Assembly: GCA_050261115.1 (NCBI GenBank) | Contig: JBLNCY010000008.1 | Coordinates: forward strand, 1-64,000 | DNA from: Methanocella sp. | GTDB lineage: Archaea; Thermoproteota; Bathyarchaeia; Bathyarchaeales; Bathycorpusculaceae | DNA: 64,000 nt | Direction: 5' to 3' | Part shown: piece by piece, positions 59,817-64,000 of the stretch | Layout: the number at the start of each line of letters is the position of its first letter | How positions within the stretch are numbered: position 1 is the stretch's first letter | The notes under the pieces: generated by a model | Database searches by the model: none | The model's input: only the letters and a program-made list of their open reading frames with translations | Told to the model about the DNA's origin: nothing | Position numbers and translations under genes: made by a program

Positions 59817-60297
59817 AGAAGGCTACAAGCTTCCAGTACTCATCGCCCTCATAGTCGTTATCATATCCTTTCCCATCGTTATCGGAATTTCCTACTACTT
59901 TGCATCCCAGCCCCCCGAGCAGTATAACACCATGTATCTGCTGGATAGCCAGGGCATGGCAACCAACTACCCCAAAGTCCTCATCGCAGGCCAAAATAGC
60001 ACCTTTAGCGTCAACGTTAACGTCGAAAATCACATGCACAAAGAGCAGACATACCAGGTTCGCACAAAAATAGTAGAACACTTCATGTCGACCGCCAACG
60101 GCGTAGACGCCCCACCCATCAACACCTACGAATTTACCCTAGAAAAAGGCCAAACACACCAAAACACCGTCACCATCACTGAGAACAATGCGGGGAACTA
60201 TGCGGTGGTTTTTGAGCTCTGGTTGCTTGACGAAGATGAAAACTATGTCTTTACCTTCAATTACTGTGTGCTGGATATTCAAGTCATCAACCAATAG
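59782..60297 (+). CDS. DUF1616-like membrane-anchored protein
   Basis: One TM helix, then 'EQYNTMYLLD.QG.A.NYP', V.VENH, VFELW; start uncertain. Confidence 0.65.
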   Translation: MRIGRKIGLSDEEGYKLPVLIALIVVIISFPIVIGISYYFASQPPEQYNTMYLLDSQGMATNYPKVLIAGQNSTFSVNVNVENHMHKEQTYQVRTKIVEHFMSTANGVDAPPINTYEFTLEKGQTHQNTVTITENNAGNYAVVFELWLLDEDENYVFTFNYCVLDIQVINQ

Positions 60298-60411
60298 CAT
60301 TACTCGGCGTAGGCTGCTCCTGCAGGTTAGAGGCGGATTGCATACCGTTTAGAGTAACCTTTACATCCACCCATAGACGATTAACTATCAAACCTGCCCG
60401 AGAAGAAACCG

Positions 60412-61839
60412 ATGAGCATCCTAAGCCATGATACTTTCTGGAACGCCATCGTCTCCATGCCCATGACCAAGCGCATGCTCCAACTCTCCCTACAAAAGTG
60501 CCCCCAATGCGGAAGAACCGTACTCGAAGCGGCGCTAGATGACTACGGCGGCAAAACCGACCGCAACTGCAGCAAATGCAGCCCGCTCTACTCCAAAATC
60601 ATCGCCTTCTGGATAGAGTTTCTACGTCGCGCCTTAGGGTTTAAGCGGGCCAAAGTCGAAAAACTCTTAACCGATCGATATGCACGCAACGCCGTCCTCA
60701 ACCTGGTGGAGTCCTTTGAGCATTTTGGCATACAAAAGCCTATGGCGCTAGTTGCGCCGTTTCTTGTGGTTTGGGATTTCACCCACAAATGTAACCTCCG
60801 TTGCAAACACTGCTACAGCAACAGCGGCGAACCCGACCCAGACGAACTCACCACGGAACAAGCCCTCAACGTCGTGGACCAGCTGGCCGATGCCCACGTT
60901 ACTGCGTTGGCGTTTAGCGGAGGTGAACCCATAACCCGAAAAGACTTCTTCGAGGTAGCCAGGCACGCTTCTGAGCGGGGGCTCTATGTTTCGCTTGCCT
61001 CAAACGGCACCCTACTTACTAAAGAAATCGCCGCTAAACTCAAGCAAGCCGGCGTAAACTATGTCGACATAAGCATCGATGGCGCCACGGCCAAAACACA
61101 TGACGACTTCCGAGGCGTTCCCGGCGCCTTTGACAGGGCTGTTGCTGGACTCAAAAACTGTGTGGAAGCGGACATATGCGCCTGCATAGCCACCACTGTG
61201 GGCAAAAACAACATGGCAGAGCTCCCCGCGATTATCGATTTAGCCGAGCAGCTTGAGGTGGAACGCTTCACTTACTTCAATTTCATCCCCGCAGGTCGCG
61301 GTAAAAACCACTCTGATCAGGATCTCTCAGCGCAGGAGCGGGAAGATGTCATGCGGTACCTGATTAATCGTATGTCTGCTGGCTGCAAAACCACCATCCT
61401 TGCCACGGCTCCACAGCTTGCCCGTGTAGCGACTCAATGCCAAGGCGATGCAGGCACTGGTGATGTGACGTTAGCGCTGGCGCATATGCAAACCGTCAAG
61501 GTTACCAAGAAAGCGGTGCCTCTGGGCGAGTTCATCGGTGGATGCGGTGCAGGTAGACTCTACTGCGCTATATCCCCGCAAGGCGACGTGCGGCCCTGTG
61601 TGTTCCTACCCGTTAACGTGGGTAACCTTAAGGAGCGCTCTTTTCATGACATATGGCTTAACGCGCCACTCTTCAACGCCTTCCGCAACCGAGCTAACCT
61701 TAAAGGCAGCTGCAGCAAATGCACCTACAAGTTCATCTGTGGCGGATGCCGCGCCCGCAGCGCAGCCTACCATGACGGTGACACCCTCTGCGGCGACCCC
61801 GGATGCTTGAATGGAGTGAAAATCGCCAATGGCTGCTAA
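60412..61839 (+). CDS. Radical SAM/SPASM protein with N-terminal CxxC...CxxC extension
   Basis: CPQC..CSKC, APFLVVWDFTHKCNLRCKHC, GGCGAGRLYC, PCVF, CSKC...CGGCRAR...DPGC. Confidence 0.88.
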   Translation: MSILSHDTFWNAIVSMPMTKRMLQLSLQKCPQCGRTVLEAALDDYGGKTDRNCSKCSPLYSKIIAFWIEFLRRALGFKRAKVEKLLTDRYARNAVLNLVESFEHFGIQKPMALVAPFLVVWDFTHKCNLRCKHCYSNSGEPDPDELTTEQALNVVDQLADAHVTALAFSGGEPITRKDFFEVARHASERGLYVSLASNGTLLTKEIAAKLKQAGVNYVDISIDGATAKTHDDFRGVPGAFDRAVAGLKNCVEADICACIATTVGKNNMAELPAIIDLAEQLEVERFTYFNFIPAGRGKNHSDQDLSAQEREDVMRYLINRMSAGCKTTILATAPQLARVATQCQGDAGTGDVTLALAHMQTVKVTKKAVPLGEFIGGCGAGRLYCAISPQGDVRPCVFLPVNVGNLKERSFHDIWLNAPLFNAFRNRANLKGSCSKCTYKFICGGCRARSAAYHDGDTLCGDPGCLNGVKIANGC

Positions 61840-62782
61840 TTCTGTTAGGATTAGTCGTGCAAGCGAAGACATAAGCGGCATCATAAAAGAAGCCATCAAC
61901 AACGCTGGACTGCGCGGCAAAAAGCGGATTTTCATTAAACCCAACCTCAGCCACCCCGAATACCTCCCGGGTGTTGTGACATGCCCCGACGTCATGCATA
62001 AAGTCGTCAGCCTACTCCGTGATGGCAACAGAGAAGTAATCGTGGGCGAATCCAACGGCATCAACTATCCCTGCTGGACAGCCTTTGACAAGACAGGCAT
62101 GAAAGAAGCAGTTGAATCCGCGGGTGGAGTCGCCGTTAATCTCTCTGATGATAAAGTGGTGGAAGTTAAATTCCAAACCCACACGCCGCTCAAGCGCCTC
62201 TATCTGCCTAAAACCGTGCTTGACGCCGACGCCGTTGTGGATTTGCCTTTGATGAAGACGCATGAGTTTATGGCGTATACAGGGGCGCTTAAGAATCTGT
62301 TTGGCTGCATCCCAAGCAACCGCCGCATCTACCTCCACCCCTACCTGCCAGAGGTCTTCTACCGCCTCTACCAAGTGCTCAAGCCCACGTTGACCATAAT
62401 GGATGCCCGCATAGGCATCGAAGGTAACGGCCCAACCAAGGGCAAACCCAAAAAGATGGGGCTATTCCTCACCGGCAACGACGCCCTAGCACTCGACATC
62501 ATTGCAACCGATGTGATGATGCTGAACTGGCGGAAAACCTACCTCAAATACGTCGCTGACAAAGTAAACTTTGACGCTGCATCTATCCGGGTCGAAGGGG
62601 TGCCAGTGAAGGAGGTTGCAAGCCGATTTGAGCATCCCAACATCGATTTACCAGTGAAGCTACAGATGAAAATATACCAACATGAATACGCCACCAAGTT
62701 GATGTTCTGCTCACTTGATATTATTCACTTGTTTCAGCGGATAACAAAGATGTACCGACGCGAACCTATACAACTCGTATAG
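61829..62782 (+). CDS. DUF362 domain protein
   Basis: IFIKPNL, VGES, LPLMKTH...TGALKNLFG, IMD..IGIEGNGP..G, D.LALD. Confidence 0.85.
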   Translation: MAANSVRISRASEDISGIIKEAINNAGLRGKKRIFIKPNLSHPEYLPGVVTCPDVMHKVVSLLRDGNREVIVGESNGINYPCWTAFDKTGMKEAVESAGGVAVNLSDDKVVEVKFQTHTPLKRLYLPKTVLDADAVVDLPLMKTHEFMAYTGALKNLFGCIPSNRRIYLHPYLPEVFYRLYQVLKPTLTIMDARIGIEGNGPTKGKPKKMGLFLTGNDALALDIIATDVMMLNWRKTYLKYVADKVNFDAASIRVEGVPVKEVASRFEHPNIDLPVKLQMKIYQHEYATKLMFCSLDIIHLFQRITKMYRREPIQLV

Positions 62783-62794
62783 CCATACCTCTGG

Positions 62795-63988
62795 TCAGCG
62801 TAATGCTTGGTCGTAGACTTTCATAGCATCCTTTACCACAATTCGCCAATCCAGTTCTTGCTCAACGGTTTCTCTTGCTGCTGCACCCATCTCGGATGCG
62901 AACGTTTTATGCTCAAGCAGATAGAGAATGCGGTCGGCGAACGCTTCTTCATCAAAGGGTTTGACCAGGAACCCGTTTTTGCCGCTTTGAATCGTCTCAG
63001 GTATGCCACCAACGGTGGTAGTAACGACGGGCAGCCCAGTGGAAAGCGCCTCCAAAACGGCAAAGGGATGATGCTCATAGAAAGTTGAGAACGCAAACAC
63101 GTCCGCCGCCTGGTAGAGTTTGGGCAGCTTCTGGTCGGGGTAGTAGCCTGTGAAAATGATATTGTCTATGACGCCGAGTCGTGTGGCGTGTGTGATGAGT
63201 TTTTGCATTTCGTCGCTTTGCCCTTTACCGCTGATTATGAACTTCGCGTTGGGAAACTTTTTGATTACTGGGGGCATGGATTCGATTAGGGTAAATAGAC
63301 CCTTGCGTGCATAGAGGCGCCCCACAGAGACGATTGCTATGTCATCTGGGTTGAATCCGAGCTCGCCTTTGATTTTTCTTTTGTCGGCGGCTGGCTGGAA
63401 TTTTTTGGTGTCAACTCCGTTATGGATAACTTTGATTTTGTGGGCCGGAATCTTGTAATAGTTTGTCAGTTCCCATTTTGTGAATTCGCTTACGGCTATG
63501 ACTTTTCGGGCGCGGTGAATCATAGTTTCTTCAAAGAACCGCAGCATCGGATTGAGAGTTATGAGCACTTTTTCGTTGGCGTTTAGGCGCATGAAGGGTT
63601 CGCTGCGGATTGCTTCTGCTTCGCCTTTCCAAGTAGAGTGTACGGTGCAGACAAGCGTTTTGCCATAGTTTGGGGGCACCGCAAAGTTGGGTGTGAGCGG
63701 CAATTGGGGATGCATGACGTCGATGTCTGCGGTGTCTTTGATGCTCTGTAGCTTTCGATAGCTGCTACCAGCAAGGATGAAGGATTTAACGGCGGGCATT
63801 TTTGGGCTTTTTAGGAAGGAGACGTCAAGTTGAGGGTTTACATGGACGTCTTGGGTTTGGTTGCTGCCGGTGACGACGTGAATGCGGTAGCCGTTTCTTA
63901 TGAGTTCATTGCTGAGGTAGTAGACATAGCTGCCGGTGCCGCCTGTGAGGGGCCAGAATTCGGGTGAGACAAAGCAGACTTTAGTCAT
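62795..63988 (-). CDS. Glycosyltransferase family 4
   Basis: PEFWP.TGG, IHNGVD, VGRLYARKG, EHHPFAVLEALSTGLPVV. Confidence 0.92.
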   Translation of the reverse strand: MTKVCFVSPEFWPLTGGTGSYVYYLSNELIRNGYRIHVVTGSNQTQDVHVNPQLDVSFLKSPKMPAVKSFILAGSSYRKLQSIKDTADIDVMHPQLPLTPNFAVPPNYGKTLVCTVHSTWKGEAEAIRSEPFMRLNANEKVLITLNPMLRFFEETMIHRARKVIAVSEFTKWELTNYYKIPAHKIKVIHNGVDTKKFQPAADKRKIKGELGFNPDDIAIVSVGRLYARKGLFTLIESMPPVIKKFPNAKFIISGKGQSDEMQKLITHATRLGVIDNIIFTGYYPDQKLPKLYQAADVFAFSTFYEHHPFAVLEALSTGLPVVTTTVGGIPETIQSGKNGFLVKPFDEEAFADRILYLLEHKTFASEMGAAARETVEQELDWRIVVKDAMKVYDQALR

Positions 63989-64000
63989 GGATGGCTTCTC

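Noticed and set aside
401-63774. Many 60-200-aa antisense or overlapping track ORFs
   Set aside because: Fully nested in well-supported genes with no recognisable motifs; shadow ORFs.

Overview
Archaeal genomic window. Thermosome, prefoldin, GPN-loop GTPase, DGGGP synthase, tetraether synthase and the gene style suggest a TACK archaeon, most likely Bathyarchaeia (inference). Positions 1-17.3 kb hold mostly housekeeping genes: ECF transporter, DHH protein, prefoldin beta, endonuclease IV, a bacterial-type MetK, thermosome, ThyA-like protein, and a degenerate MoeA. From about 17.3 kb to the window end lies a dense ~47-kb gene neighbourhood. It combines tetraether-lipid genes (tes, DGGGP synthase), five cobalamin-binding radical SAM paralogs, two SPASM radical SAMs, a HemN-like radical SAM and late cobamide genes (cobS x2, cobY x2, cbiB, cobT, cobZ). 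It also carries four large secreted PQQ-like beta-propeller proteins and glycosyltransferases. This is a candidate B12-dependent membrane-lipid/envelope tailoring system. Non-coding signals seen by eye: a ~55-bp dispersed intergenic element in four copies, matching 5'-terminal hairpins placed 24 nt after the TATA-like box of three beta-propeller genes, and a likely Lrp operator. Several frameshifts and a non-canonical start were also found. No tRNA, rRNA, CRISPR array or transposase was recognised. All functional calls come from motif recognition without database searches.
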